64,000 nt of DNA from Bacteroidales bacterium. Its GTDB lineage: Bacteria; Bacteroidota; Bacteroidia; Bacteroidales; UBA12077. The notes beneath the pieces were generated by a model that was given only the letters and a program-made list of their open reading frames with translations, searched no databases and was not told where the DNA came from. Positions 20,354 to 30,995 of this stretch are shown piece by piece. The translations under genes were made by a program, and so were the position numbers. Positions within the stretch are counted from its first letter, which is position 1. Each line of letters starts with the position of its first letter. Location: assembly GCA_041686375.1 (NCBI GenBank), contig JAWLEB010000014.1, positions 5,191-69,190 of the forward strand, in the 5' to 3' direction.

Positions 20354-21343
20354 ATGTTGAAAATGAAGAAAATTGTCTTTTTATTAAATATCATTGGCTT
20401 TTACATTTTGTCAGGTTGCAATCCAACTTCTCAAATAAGCACAGAGATTCTTGAACCCGGAAAAATCAGTATTCCACAAAAATTGAATTCCGGGGTTTTG
20501 ATCCTTTCAAAACCAGAAAATGATTTTGAATTGGTAGAAGATGAAGAATTTCCAACCTTGATTATTGAAGAAATGAAATATGGGCTGGCTGATGTGATAA
20601 AGCAATCTCCACGCTTTCAATCCGATGAAATAGTAATTCCTGACAATGAAGAATTAAAAGAATATTTGGAACAAGATTCGTTAAATTGGCTTGATATGAA
20701 AAAAATTGCCGATCAATTTGATGTGGATGCGGTATTTGTTATGGATGGATTTACATTAGACAGCTCCCTCGAAGATGAGCGAGTTTATGAGCAGGGAAAA
20801 TTCTACTACTATGTGACATTTACGATTGTTTCCAATGCCACATGGGAAATATTCTATCCCTATCAAAAATTGCTTATAGATGAATTTAATTATTCGGAAA
20901 AATTTATTTGGGATGCTCTGGCTACTGACCGTAATGCGGCATTACGCCAATTACCAGATTATGATAAAGCATTTTTCGAAGCTGCTTACTGGACAGGCTA
21001 TGATTATGCCAAACGTACTTTGCCTACATGGGTAGAGAGTACAAGAACTTATTACACCAGGGGAGACGATGCATTCCGCGACGCTGTGGAACTGGTAGAT
21101 GAAAACAAGTGGACTGAAGCTATTGAAAAATGGAAGACAAATCTTGACCATTCTAACATTGAAATTGCATCCAGGGCAGCATTTAATATAGCTTTTGCAT
21201 TTGAAATGAAAGGGGATATTGAAAATGCTATCAAATGGGCAGAAAGGTCTTTTAACATTAAAAATAAAGAACGTACTGCTGAATACCTGGAAATTTTAAA
21301 AGAACGCAAGGAAATGATTGATGAACTAGATGAACAAATTTGA
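20354..21343 (+). CDS. hypothetical lipoprotein with C-terminal TPR-like helices
   Basis: Lipobox (ILSGC). No family recognised with confidence. Confidence 0.5.
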   Translation: MLKMKKIVFLLNIIGFYILSGCNPTSQISTEILEPGKISIPQKLNSGVLILSKPENDFELVEDEEFPTLIIEEMKYGLADVIKQSPRFQSDEIVIPDNEELKEYLEQDSLNWLDMKKIADQFDVDAVFVMDGFTLDSSLEDERVYEQGKFYYYVTFTIVSNATWEIFYPYQKLLIDEFNYSEKFIWDALATDRNAALRQLPDYDKAFFEAAYWTGYDYAKRTLPTWVESTRTYYTRGDDAFRDAVELVDENKWTEAIEKWKTNLDHSNIEIASRAAFNIAFAFEMKGDIENAIKWAERSFNIKNKERTAEYLEILKERKEMIDELDEQI

Positions 21344-21518
21344 TACAACAATTTTCGGAGATTTTAAGAGGGCATATTCTTATTTTCACACAAAAATCTG
21401 TCATCCTCATCTTATAATAATCCTAAACTTTGAGGAAAATTTTGAGTTTAGTGGAAGTTCTTGATCAATGTATTGAAGACCTTGTTCACAAATACACTGA
21501 ATTATACGCTACCTATAC

Positions 21519-21631
21519 CTGCATAGCCAGCAGACAATGAATGAGGGTCTCCTGGGATGCAGAATGAACTTACATTGACTTTTGTAGAATTAAGTCTCAG
21601 AGTATGAAACTAATAATCTAACTTTATCCAA
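21519..21631 (+). repeat. interspersed repeat family A, copy A3 (5' module replaced or diverged)
   Basis: ...atgaatgagggtctcctgggatgcagaatgaacttacattgacttttgtagaattaagtctcagagtatgaaactaataatctaactttatccaa, then ATG(21632). Confidence 0.8.
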
Positions 21632-22894
21632 ATGAATGCAGAGTTACTTTTTTACATAATTGTTACTATAGTTATAATGGATTACCTGGTTGACAGGTAT
21701 CTTGAATATCTCAATGCCAAATATCGTGGTAAATCTTTACCAAATGAGCTGAAAGGAATATATGATGAAGATCGGTATAAAAAATCCCAGGAATATGAAG
21801 CTGCAAATCACCGTTTTTCGTTATTCTCCAGTTCCTTTAATCTGCTTGTAATAATACTGTTTCTATTTTTGGAAGGATTTGCATTTGTAAATGATCTTGC
21901 AAACAGTATAACCACACACAAATTATTCGTTCCACTCGTTTTTTTTGGAATCTTGTTTTTAGCCTTGGATCTTGTGAATCTTCCATTCTCTCTTTATGCA
22001 ACTTTTGTTATAGAAGAGAAATTCGGCTTTAATAAAACAACTTCCCGGACTTTTATTCTGGATAAAATTAAAGGTTATATGCTTATGACCATTTTAGGAG
22101 GCGGAATATTGGTACTTATTGTATGGTTCTACCATCAAACCGGGAACAATTTTTGGCTTTATGCATGGGGAATAGTGATCATTTTTTCCTTGTTTTTAAC
22201 GATGTTTTATACTCATTTAATTTTACCTTTATTCAATAAGTTGACGCCTTTAGAAGAGGGAAATTTAAAATCGCAAATAATCAACTTTAGTAAGAAGGTC
22301 GGTTTTCAGCTCAAAAATATTTTTGTAATGAATGGTTCAAAACGATCCACAAAGGCAAATGCTTTCTTTAGCGGACTTGGCAGGAAAAAGAGAATAGTTC
22401 TGTTTGACACCTTAATCGAAGACCTGAAAAATAACGAAATTGTAGCTGTCTTAGCACACGAAATAGGCCATTACAAAAAAAAGCATACATTAATTAACTT
22501 AATCATTTCAATTGTACAGACCGGTTTGACGCTTTTTATTTTGTCATTGCTTATCGATAACCCTATGTTGTCTAATGCATTGGGAATTGCGCAACCAAGT
22601 TTTCATATTGCACTGATTACTTTTTCCCTGTTGTATAGTCCAATTTCAACCCTGCTGGGTATTGCTACAAATTATATTTCCAGACAAAATGAATACACGG
22701 CTGATGCATTTGTAAAATATCATGGCTTAGGTGATAGTTTAATTGAAGCTCTTAAACGGCTATCTTCTAAAAACTTAAGTAACCTGACTCCCCATCCAAC
22801 CTATGTCTTTGTGAATTATTCGCATCCAACACTGTTACAACGCATTCATTCTATAAAGAATCAATCAGAAAGTAACGAATATCATGAAGACTGA
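21632..22894 (+). CDS. M48 family (Ste24-like) membrane metalloprotease
   Basis: Multi-TM N-terminal half, HEXXH (LAHEIGHYKKKH). Confidence 0.88.
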   Translation: MNAELLFYIIVTIVIMDYLVDRYLEYLNAKYRGKSLPNELKGIYDEDRYKKSQEYEAANHRFSLFSSSFNLLVIILFLFLEGFAFVNDLANSITTHKLFVPLVFFGILFLALDLVNLPFSLYATFVIEEKFGFNKTTSRTFILDKIKGYMLMTILGGGILVLIVWFYHQTGNNFWLYAWGIVIIFSLFLTMFYTHLILPLFNKLTPLEEGNLKSQIINFSKKVGFQLKNIFVMNGSKRSTKANAFFSGLGRKKRIVLFDTLIEDLKNNEIVAVLAHEIGHYKKKHTLINLIISIVQTGLTLFILSLLIDNPMLSNALGIAQPSFHIALITFSLLYSPISTLLGIATNYISRQNEYTADAFVKYHGLGDSLIEALKRLSSKNLSNLTPHPTYVFVNYSHPTLLQRIHSIKNQSESNEYHED

Positions 22895-24116
22895 GATAAT
22901 AACAATAGGGGACGAAATTCTGTCAGGGCATATTCAAAATCTTAATGCTCAATGGTTAGCAAATCATTTAACTGAGAATGGCTTTGACGTGAGGCGTATC
23001 ACAACCTTACCAGACAACACACAGACTGTAATCGACTGTTTTCAAATGGCCACCGAGCGGTCTGAATTGGTTTTTGTTACAGGAGGTTTGGGACCTACAA
23101 ATGATGACATCACTCATCAGGCTATTAGTGAATTTTTCAAAGTAAGATGGAAGTTCAATGAACGGGTATATGAAAGATTAAAAGAGTTTCTCCTTGAGAG
23201 AGGCTATACTATGTCACATCACAGTAAACAAAACGCTAAGGTACCGGAAAACGCTCAAATATTTATTAATCATGAGGGTACTGCACCAGGGTTAATGCTT
23301 CAAACAAACAATGTGCCCTTCATATTTGTACCTGGCGTGCATGTAGAAATGAAAAAAATGGCTGAGGAATCTATTATTCCGCAATTGAAAAAAGTCTATC
23401 TTAAAAATTCTTTAATCAATGAAGTGATTGTAGTACAGGGTATAACAGAAGCTCACCTGGCAAAAAAGTTGAAATACTGGGAAAAGAATTTGCCTTCAGA
23501 ATTTTCTCTTGCATATTTACCGGGACCAGCACTTGTCAAGTTAAGAATAACAGGACGAGGAAGTAATCACCAGATATTAAGAGATATAGCAGAAGCAAAA
23601 ATAGCCGAGTTATATGATATAATTCCAGAGCATTATGTAGCAAGAGGTAATGTTACTTTGGAAGAGGTGGTCGGAAATATGCTTGCTGTAAAAGGAGAGA
23701 CACTAAGTACAGCAGAAAGTTGTACGGGTGGAGCTATATCTGCTGCAATAGTTTCAGTTCCCGGATCCTCAGATTATTACAAAGGCTCGGTGGTTGCTTA
23801 TTCAAATCAGATTAAGCATTCTGTATTATCCGTTAGTGAGGATATTATTAAAAGGTATGGTGCTGTTAGCCGGGAGGTTACAGAAGCTATGGCGAAAAAT
23901 GTCAGGGAATTGTTTAAAACGGATTACGCCATTGCTGTATCTGGAATAGCAGGACCTTCAGGAGGCACGTATGAAAAACCTGTGGGAACTACATGGATTA
24001 CGGTTGTTCGTGACTCACATATCGAATCAAAAATGTTCCTGTTTGGTAAAAACAGAGCTACAAATATTCAAAAAACCAAAAATACAAGCTTGAATATGCT
24101 GAGGAAAATTATGTAA
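22884..24116 (+). CDS. cinA: CinA family protein (MoCF-binding domain plus nicotinamide-nucleotide amidohydrolase PncC domain)
   Basis: IITIGDEILSG, GGLGPTNDD, STAESCTGG. Confidence 0.9.
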   Translation: MKTEIITIGDEILSGHIQNLNAQWLANHLTENGFDVRRITTLPDNTQTVIDCFQMATERSELVFVTGGLGPTNDDITHQAISEFFKVRWKFNERVYERLKEFLLERGYTMSHHSKQNAKVPENAQIFINHEGTAPGLMLQTNNVPFIFVPGVHVEMKKMAEESIIPQLKKVYLKNSLINEVIVVQGITEAHLAKKLKYWEKNLPSEFSLAYLPGPALVKLRITGRGSNHQILRDIAEAKIAELYDIIPEHYVARGNVTLEEVVGNMLAVKGETLSTAESCTGGAISAAIVSVPGSSDYYKGSVVAYSNQIKHSVLSVSEDIIKRYGAVSREVTEAMAKNVRELFKTDYAIAVSGIAGPSGGTYEKPVGTTWITVVRDSHIESKMFLFGKNRATNIQKTKNTSLNMLRKIM

Positions 24117-24211
24117 TTTTATGAAAATTTCTTTGTCAGGAATTTGATTCTTTGAATAAAAATACCGTAATTTGCAAACCGTTTGTTATAACGAATAGAA
24201 AAAATAAAAAA

Positions 24212-24454
24212 ATGTCAAAAATTTGTCAAATAACAGGGAAAAAGAGAATAGTGGGTAATCATGTATCACACTCTAACAAAAAGGTTAAGAGAGTGTTTCA
24301 GCCTAATCTTTTTAAGAAAAAATTCTATCTTCCTGAAGAAGATAAATGGGTTACCCTTAATGTGTCCGCTTCCGGAATGAAGATCATTAATAAAAAAGGT
24401 CTGAAAACTGCTCTTGAAGAGGCAAAAAGAAACGGTTATATTAAAAACTATTAA
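24212..24454 (+). CDS. rpmB: 50S ribosomal protein L28
   Basis: MSKICQITGKKRIVGNHVSHSNKK. Start at the internal ATG of the track ORF. Confidence 0.92.
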   Translation: MSKICQITGKKRIVGNHVSHSNKKVKRVFQPNLFKKKFYLPEEDKWVTLNVSASGMKIINKKGLKTALEEAKRNGYIKNY

Positions 24455-24464
24455 AACGTAAAAT

Positions 24465-24650
24465 ATGGCTAAGAAAAAAGGAGATAGGGTGCAAATTATA
24501 CTGGAATGTACAGAACAAAAGAAATCTGGAGTTCCAGGCATTTCCAGGTATATAACAACAAAGAATAGGAAAAATTCCTCCGGAAAACTGGAGTTGAAAA
24601 AATATAACCCTTATTTGAAGAAAGTTACTGTTCACAAAGAAATAAAATAG
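24465..24650 (+). CDS. rpmG: 50S ribosomal protein L33
   Basis: [22 protein letters not shown]...YITTKNRKN...LELKKYNP. Confidence 0.92.
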   Translation: MAKKKGDRVQIILECTEQKKSGVPGISRYITTKNRKNSSGKLELKKYNPYLKKVTVHKEIK

Positions 24651-24657
24651 ATTAGTT

Positions 24658-24813
24658 ATGGCTAAGAAAACAGTTGCAACATTACAAACCAGCAGCGGTA
24701 AAGACTTTATCAAATGCATTAAAGCCGTGAAGAATAAAAATAAACAAGGCTATGCATTTGAAGAAAAAATGATACACAAAGACAAAGTTAAAGACTTCTT
24801 TGCCAAGAAATAA
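24658..24813 (+). CDS. DUF4295-type small basic protein (51 aa)
   Basis: Below the track length cutoff. Own translation: MAKKTVATLQTSSGKDFIKCIKAVKNKNKQGYAFEEKMIHKDKVKDFFAKK*. Position right after rpmG is typical for Bacteroidota. Confidence 0.7.
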   Translation: MAKKTVATLQTSSGKDFIKCIKAVKNKNKQGYAFEEKMIHKDKVKDFFAKK

Positions 24814-24849
24814 ACGAAGTACTGATTTGCAAAAAATAACATTGATAAA

Positions 24850-24890
24850 CAAAAGCTTTCTTTTAGTTAAGAAAGCTTTTGTTTATTTTT
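24850..24890 (+). terminator. rho-independent terminator of the rpmB-rpmG-DUF4295 unit
   Basis: CAAAAGCTTTCTT-ttagtt-AAGAAAGCTTTTG followed by TTTATTTTT. Confidence 0.8.
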
Positions 24891-24936
24891 ACACCTGAAT
24901 AATTACAATTATTTCTCAATAATAAAGACAAACAGA

Positions 24937-25890
24937 ATGGCCGTATTCGGAATGTTTTCAAAGGATAAAAAGGAAAACCTGGATAAAGGGTTGGAAAAAA
25001 CAAAGGAAAATGTTTTTAAAAAACTTTCTAGGGCTGTAGCCGGTAAATCCAAGGTTGATGATGAAGTACTGGATAACCTTGAAGAAGTGCTTATCTCTTC
25101 TGACGTAGGTGTAAGCACAACACTCAAAATTATTGAAAGAATTGAAAACCGTGTAGCTAAGGAAAAATATATGAGTACAAATGAGCTGAATAAAATCTTA
25201 AAAGAAGAAATATCAGGGATGCTAAAAGAAAATCAACCTGATAATGAATTTACTTTTGAAGCTAAAGATGACCCATATGTTATTATGGTGGTTGGTGTGA
25301 ATGGTGTTGGAAAAACTACAACCATAGCTAAATTGGCTTATTTGTTTAAACATTCAGGAAAGAAGGTTTATTTAGGTGCTGCAGACACCTATAGAGCTGC
25401 TGCTATTGATCAGCTCAGTGTATGGGCTGAAAGAACAGGTGTACCCATGGTAAAACAACGAATGGGATCGGATCCTGCGTCTGTTGCCTATGACACATTG
25501 AGCTCAGCAAAAGCTAATGAAGCTGATGTAGTTATTGTGGATACCGCCGGAAGATTACATAACAAAACCAATTTGATGAATGAGCTTGCCAAGATTAAAA
25601 GAGTAATGAAAAAAGTAGTTCCGAATGCGCCGCATGAAGTTTTATTAATTCTTGATGGCTCAACAGGGCAGAATGCATTTGAACAGGCTAAGCAATTTAC
25701 ACAAATTACGGATGTAAATGCTTTGGCTGTTACAAAACTTGACGGCACAGCTAAAGGCGGAGTAGTTATTGGTGTGTCTGATCAATTTAATATTCCGGTA
25801 AAATACATTGGAATCGGAGAAAAATTAGAAGATCTGCAAGTATTCAACAGAGAAGAGTTTGTTGACTCCCTCTTTAAGCAGGATATTTAA
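24937..25890 (+). CDS. ftsY: signal recognition particle receptor FtsY
   Basis: GVNGVGKTTTIAKLA, DTAGRL, TKLDGTAKGG. Confidence 0.95.
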   Translation: MAVFGMFSKDKKENLDKGLEKTKENVFKKLSRAVAGKSKVDDEVLDNLEEVLISSDVGVSTTLKIIERIENRVAKEKYMSTNELNKILKEEISGMLKENQPDNEFTFEAKDDPYVIMVVGVNGVGKTTTIAKLAYLFKHSGKKVYLGAADTYRAAAIDQLSVWAERTGVPMVKQRMGSDPASVAYDTLSSAKANEADVVIVDTAGRLHNKTNLMNELAKIKRVMKKVVPNAPHEVLLILDGSTGQNAFEQAKQFTQITDVNALAVTKLDGTAKGGVVIGVSDQFNIPVKYIGIGEKLEDLQVFNREEFVDSLFKQDI

Positions 25891-25891
25891 T

Positions 25892-27190
25892 ATGAAAGAT
25901 AAACCTCGTGTTAGCATAATTACTCTTGGATGTGCAAAAAATCTTGTTGATTCTGAATTTCTTGCAAAGCAACTCAATGTTAACGGATACAATGTTCACC
26001 ACGAGTTGGTTACTACAACTGAAACTGTAATCATCAACACATGCGGTTTTATTAATGATGCAAAAGAAGAATCTGTTGAAACCATCCTGAATTATGCTGA
26101 AGCAAAAAATCAGGGCACTATCCATAATTTATATGTAATGGGCTGTTTGTCAGAGCGATTTAAGAATCAGCTTGAAGAAGAAATTAAAGAAGTGGATGGA
26201 TTTTTTGGCGTGGATGAACAAAAGAATTTGCTAAAACAATTACATCTTACTTATTCTCAAAAATACGATAAAGATAGACAACTCGCAACCCCACAACATT
26301 ATTCATACTTGAAAATTGCCGAGGGATGTAACAGGAAATGCTCTTTTTGTTCAATTCCTTTAATTAGAGGACGTTATAAGTCTGAACCTATAGAAAAACT
26401 TTATGCTGAAAGTTTGCTTCTATCAAAACAGGGAGTAAAAGAAATTAACCTTATTGCACAGGATTTAAGTTATTATGGCTATGATATATATGGAAAACAG
26501 GTTCTGCCTGAACTATTAACAAAGTTGGCCACAATAGATAATTTTCATTGGATACGTTTGCTGTATCTATATCCGGATAGTTTCCCTTTCGACGTTTTGG
26601 AGATCATGAAAGAGAATAAGAATATTTGCAACTATTTGGATATCCCATTACAACATATCAATGATAAGTTACTTAAAAATATGCGCAGGGGCATAAATCG
26701 TAAAGATATATATGAGCTTATTGAACATATAAGACTTAAGATACCGGATATTACCCTTAGAACTACTATGATGGTTGGCTACCCTGGTGAAACGGAAAGA
26801 AAATTTGAAGAACTTAAATCGTTTGTACAGGAAATTGAATTCGATCGATTAGGGGTATTTGCATATTCTGAAGAAGAAGGGACCTACTCAGAAAAAAACT
26901 TTAAAGATTCTATCCCCGCCAGCGTTAAACAAGAACGGGCTGATGAACTAATGCAAATACAACAGGAAATATCCTTAAAGCATAACCAGTCTAAAATTGG
27001 AAAATTCTTTGAAGTTATTGTAGACAGAGAAGATAAAGAATATTATTATAGCCGTTCCTTTGCTGATGCTCCTGATGTTGATAATGAAATTTTAATTCCC
27101 AAAAAGGATAAAAACTTATCTCAAGGTAATTTCTATACCGTAAAAATCAACGATGCTTATTACTATGACTTAATCGGGGTTGCCATATGA
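25892..27190 (+). CDS. rimO: ribosomal protein S12 methylthiotransferase RimO
   Basis: ITLGCAKNLVDSE, radical-SAM CNRKCSFC, C-terminal TRAM. ATG lies 1 nt after the ftsY stop. Confidence 0.92.
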   Translation: MKDKPRVSIITLGCAKNLVDSEFLAKQLNVNGYNVHHELVTTTETVIINTCGFINDAKEESVETILNYAEAKNQGTIHNLYVMGCLSERFKNQLEEEIKEVDGFFGVDEQKNLLKQLHLTYSQKYDKDRQLATPQHYSYLKIAEGCNRKCSFCSIPLIRGRYKSEPIEKLYAESLLLSKQGVKEINLIAQDLSYYGYDIYGKQVLPELLTKLATIDNFHWIRLLYLYPDSFPFDVLEIMKENKNICNYLDIPLQHINDKLLKNMRRGINRKDIYELIEHIRLKIPDITLRTTMMVGYPGETERKFEELKSFVQEIEFDRLGVFAYSEEEGTYSEKNFKDSIPASVKQERADELMQIQQEISLKHNQSKIGKFFEVIVDREDKEYYYSRSFADAPDVDNEILIPKKDKNLSQGNFYTVKINDAYYYDLIGVAI

Positions 27191-27314
27191 GTGACATCAT
27201 CCACTCTATCCCTTATTGTATTTTTTAAGAACACCATTCTTGTTTTTGTCGATTTTATTTTATTAGCTGAGAACCTCAGTTAACTGTCTCATTCTACAAA
27301 ATCTCTAATAAAAA

Positions 27315-27343
27315 AACAGGGAACCTCGCTCAGGCTCCCTGTT
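27315..27343 (-). terminator. terminator downstream of tpx
   Basis: AACAGGGA(27315-27322)/TCCCTGTT(27336-27343). The minus-strand reading is followed by TTTTTTT. Confidence 0.6.
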
Positions 27344-27444
27344 ACCCGTATAACATTACCAAACGTGAAAAAATTTACCACCTGCGCTATTCCTCAAAAT
27401 CTGCGAAGCATTGGTAATGCATAATAGGTAACTGCTTTCTTTAC

Positions 27445-27960
27445 TTATACTATTTTTTTAGCAGCATCTAAAGCTGATTCATAGTCAGGTTCCTGACCAA
27501 TTTCCGGAACGTATTCCACATAGGTTACTTTATCATCTTTGTCGATGACGACAACTCCTCTGGCCAGCAATCTTAATTCTTCAATTACAAAACCATACTT
27601 AGTCCCAAAATCCAAATTTTTATGATCTGACAGGGTAATAAGGTTATTTATGCCTTCAGCTCCACAATATCTTTGTAATGCAAAGGGGAGATCGTTAGAT
27701 ATAGCTAATATTACAATATCATCACTTAATTTTGATGCTTCTGTATCAAAAGTTTTATTCTGCTTTGAACACACTCCTGTATCAATGGATGGGAATACCG
27801 AAATAATTTTTACTTTGCCTTGAAAATCGGAAAGTTGTACAGGTTTTAACTCGTTGTTTATTACTTCAAAATCAGCGGCCTTATCGCCTGGTTTAATTTC
27901 ATTACCTATCAGCGTTATAGGCTCACCTTTGAATGTTACTTTCTTACTATTCTTTTTCAT
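27445..27960 (-). CDS. tpx: thiol peroxidase
   Basis: SVFPSIDTGVCS, ISNDLPFA. Confidence 0.92.
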   Translation of the reverse strand: MKKNSKKVTFKGEPITLIGNEIKPGDKAADFEVINNELKPVQLSDFQGKVKIISVFPSIDTGVCSKQNKTFDTEASKLSDDIVILAISNDLPFALQRYCGAEGINNLITLSDHKNLDFGTKYGFVIEELRLLARGVVVIDKDDKVTYVEYVPEIGQEPDYESALDAAKKIV

Positions 27961-28067
27961 ATTTATATATTTTTCATATTTGACTTCATAATTTCTCCTC
28001 CATATAAAAACCCAAATTGGAAAAAATTGTTCAATTTGGGTTTTTATATGGAGTTGAGTTTATTTAT

Positions 28068-30641
28068 CTAATTTTTCTGAGTTTCGTCCGGCAGTTTCCC
28101 ATTATTTTGCTCCTCATCTGTTTTTACTTCCTTTTTGCTGCTTTTTTTACTTTTCTTTACATTAATGTCAATTTTGTCTTCCTCTGCGCTATATTCAACT
28201 TTGAGCAAATCACCATCCTTGACGCTGTGTTTAATTATGGTTTCAGCCATTGGATCTTCAATATACTTTTGAATAGCTCGCTTTAGAGGTCTGGCGCCAA
28301 ATTGTACATCAAAGCCTTTATCTGCTACATAATCTTTTGCTTTTTTTGTAATTTCAACACTATACCCAAGATTTGAAATCCTCTCGTAAAGTCCTTTCAG
28401 TTCAATATCAATGATTTCATGGATATCCTCTTTCGTAAGTGAATTAAATATCACAATGTCATCCAGTCTGTTCAAAAATTCAGGAGCGAAAGACCGTTTT
28501 AAGGCTTTTTGTATCACATCTTTAGCAAGTTCATTCGATGTTTTTGCTTTTGCCTGAGTTTCAAAGCCAACACCTTTACCAAAATCTTTTAACTGGCGAC
28601 TGCCAATGTTGGAAGTCATTATAATAATTGTATTCCTGAAATCAACTTTTCTTCCCAAGCTATCTGTCAATTGTCCATCATCCAGCATTTGGAGTAAAAT
28701 GTGGAACACATCTGGATGTGCTTTTTCGATTTCATCAAGCAATACCACAGAATAAGGCTTTCTTCTTACTTTCTCAGTAAGTTGTCCGCCTTCTTCATAT
28801 CCGATATATCCCGGAGGGGCCCCAACAAGTCTGGAGACTGAAAACTTCTCCATATATTCACTCATATCCATTCGGATAAGATTATCTGTTGAATCGAACA
28901 AATACTGAGCAAGTACTTTCGCCAATTGTGTTTTTCCCACACCAGTGGGACCTAAGAAGATAAATGAACCTATGGGCTTGTTAGGATCTTTCAAGCCGGC
29001 TCTGTTTCTTCTTATGGATTTAACAACCTTTTCTATGGCTTCATCCTGTCCAACTACATTATGGCGTAATTCTTCATTCATCTTCATTAGCCTGGTTCCT
29101 TCAGCTTCAGCAATTCTTTGTACGGGAACACCTGTCATCATTGCTACAACTTGTGCAACTTCTTCCTCTGAGACAGTTTCCCTGTTTTTTTCAAGCTCTT
29201 TCTCCCAGTTATCTTTCTCTTCTTCCAATTTGGCAAGCATTTTCTTCTCTGTGTCCCTGTAATTAGCTGCTGACTCAAAATTCTGATTTTTTACCGCAGT
29301 AATTTTCTTTTGTTTGATTTCTTCAATTTCCTTTTCAAGCTCAACAATTCTTTTCGGGACAACAATATTTGAGATGTGTACTCTTGAACCTGCTTCATCC
29401 ATGGCATCAATGGCCTTATCCGGAAGGTGTCTGTCACTTATATATCTTTGTGTCAGATGTACACAAGCTTTAAGTGCTTCCTGAGTATAATGAACATTAT
29501 GATGATCTTCGTACCGTTCCTTAATATTATTAAGTATTTCCAGTGTTTCATCATGTGAGGTCGGATCAACCATCACTTTTTGAAACCTTCTTTCCAGCGC
29601 ACCATCCTTTTCTATATGCTGACGATATTCATCCAGGGTGGTTGCACCGATAGTTTGAATTTCTCCGCGTGCTAGTGATGGCTTCAGCATATTGGCAGCA
29701 TCTAATGAACCTGTAGCGCCACCAGCGCCAACAATAGTATGAATTTCATCGATAAACAAGATGATGTTCTCATTTTTTGAAAGCTCATTCAAAATTGCTT
29801 TCATTCTTTCTTCAAACTGTCCCCTATACTTTGTTCCGGCAACGATTGAAGCTAAATCCAGCGTAACAATGCGCTTATCAAATAATACCCTTGACACTTT
29901 CCTTTGAATGATACGCATAGCTAATCCTTCCACTATCGCTGATTTGCCAACTCCCGGGTCGCCTATAAGAACCGGATTGTTCTTTTTTCTTCTACTGAGA
30001 ATCTGAGCCAAACGCTCAATCTCTCTGTCTCTTCCTACTATCGGGTCAAGTGCATTTTCCTCTGCGGCTTTTGTTAAATCAAGACCGAAATTATCCAGCA
30101 CTGGTGTGTCAGATTTCGCTTTGCCTTCTGACTGTTGGCCTTTTTTGCCTGAGCCAAAAGGAATTTCTTCATCCTCTTCTCCAAAATCAGCTTTTGCTTC
30201 TGTTTCCCTCTGTTTTGTTTCCATTTCAATTCTGACATCTTCATAGTCAATGTCAAATTCACTAAGTAGTTGCGTTACAAGACTGTTTTCGTCTTTGAGA
30301 ATAGCTAGCATCAAATGTCCTGTATTGATGGTATTGCTATTGAAAGATTTTGCCTCCAAATATACTAATTTTAAGGCGCGTTCAGCTGTTTTGTATAATG
30401 GAATGTTTTCTGCCTCAGTAGCAATTTTATCATCCGTTTTTATACGATCTTCTATCAATTTTCTGAGATTCATAAGATCAACCTCAAAAGATTCCAGAAT
30501 GTCTATGGCTAATCCTTCTCCCTCTCTGAGCATGCCCAGTAACAGGTGTTCTGTACCTATATATGCATTACCCAGCCTGATAGCTTCCTCTTTGCTAAAA
30601 GTCAGGACATCTTTAATCCTTTGTGAAAATTTTGCATCCAT
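28068..30641 (-). CDS. clpC: Clp/Hsp100 AAA+ chaperone, ClpC-type
   Basis: Clp_N repeats. Walker A motifs [10 protein letters not shown] and [12 protein letters not shown]. Short middle domain with a UVR-like [10 protein letters not shown] motif. Confidence 0.85.
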   Translation of the reverse strand: MDAKFSQRIKDVLTFSKEEAIRLGNAYIGTEHLLLGMLREGEGLAIDILESFEVDLMNLRKLIEDRIKTDDKIATEAENIPLYKTAERALKLVYLEAKSFNSNTINTGHLMLAILKDENSLVTQLLSEFDIDYEDVRIEMETKQRETEAKADFGEEDEEIPFGSGKKGQQSEGKAKSDTPVLDNFGLDLTKAAEENALDPIVGRDREIERLAQILSRRKKNNPVLIGDPGVGKSAIVEGLAMRIIQRKVSRVLFDKRIVTLDLASIVAGTKYRGQFEERMKAILNELSKNENIILFIDEIHTIVGAGGATGSLDAANMLKPSLARGEIQTIGATTLDEYRQHIEKDGALERRFQKVMVDPTSHDETLEILNNIKERYEDHHNVHYTQEALKACVHLTQRYISDRHLPDKAIDAMDEAGSRVHISNIVVPKRIVELEKEIEEIKQKKITAVKNQNFESAANYRDTEKKMLAKLEEEKDNWEKELEKNRETVSEEEVAQVVAMMTGVPVQRIAEAEGTRLMKMNEELRHNVVGQDEAIEKVVKSIRRNRAGLKDPNKPIGSFIFLGPTGVGKTQLAKVLAQYLFDSTDNLIRMDMSEYMEKFSVSRLVGAPPGYIGYEEGGQLTEKVRRKPYSVVLLDEIEKAHPDVFHILLQMLDDGQLTDSLGRKVDFRNTIIIMTSNIGSRQLKDFGKGVGFETQAKAKTSNELAKDVIQKALKRSFAPEFLNRLDDIVIFNSLTKEDIHEIIDIELKGLYERISNLGYSVEITKKAKDYVADKGFDVQFGARPLKRAIQKYIEDPMAETIIKHSVKDGDLLKVEYSAEEDKIDINVKKSKKSSKKEVKTDEEQNNGKLPDETQKN

Positions 30642-30995
30642 ATATTTTTTCTCTCCTTAATAATTCTTATTCTTTAAAAACAATTTAACATAAATAAATC
30701 TAAATTGTTCTACAACCAAATAAATTCCTTGTTCATTTTAATTGAAATTCCTTCTGCAAAATTACAAAATCTATCCGGAAAAATATGTACAGATTCAAGC
30801 GATAATTTTTTGTTTTGCAAATCGCTTTAGTAGAATTTAAAATGTCGGATTATGTTCTATGCCATTGCTAATCAAATACCTAAATTTATCTGTTAATAAA
30901 CCATGATATTTTATTATGGTTTTGGAATGAAAATTAATCTAATTTAGTAATTTTGAAAACTTATTTTCGAAAGAGTTTATTGTGCTAAAACCAAT

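Noticed and set aside
28017-28286. 89-aa plus-strand ORF overlapping the 3' end of clpC.
   Set aside because: Hydrophobic shadow ORF. The minus strand encodes the Lys-rich ClpC C-terminal tail in continuity with the AAA+ domains.
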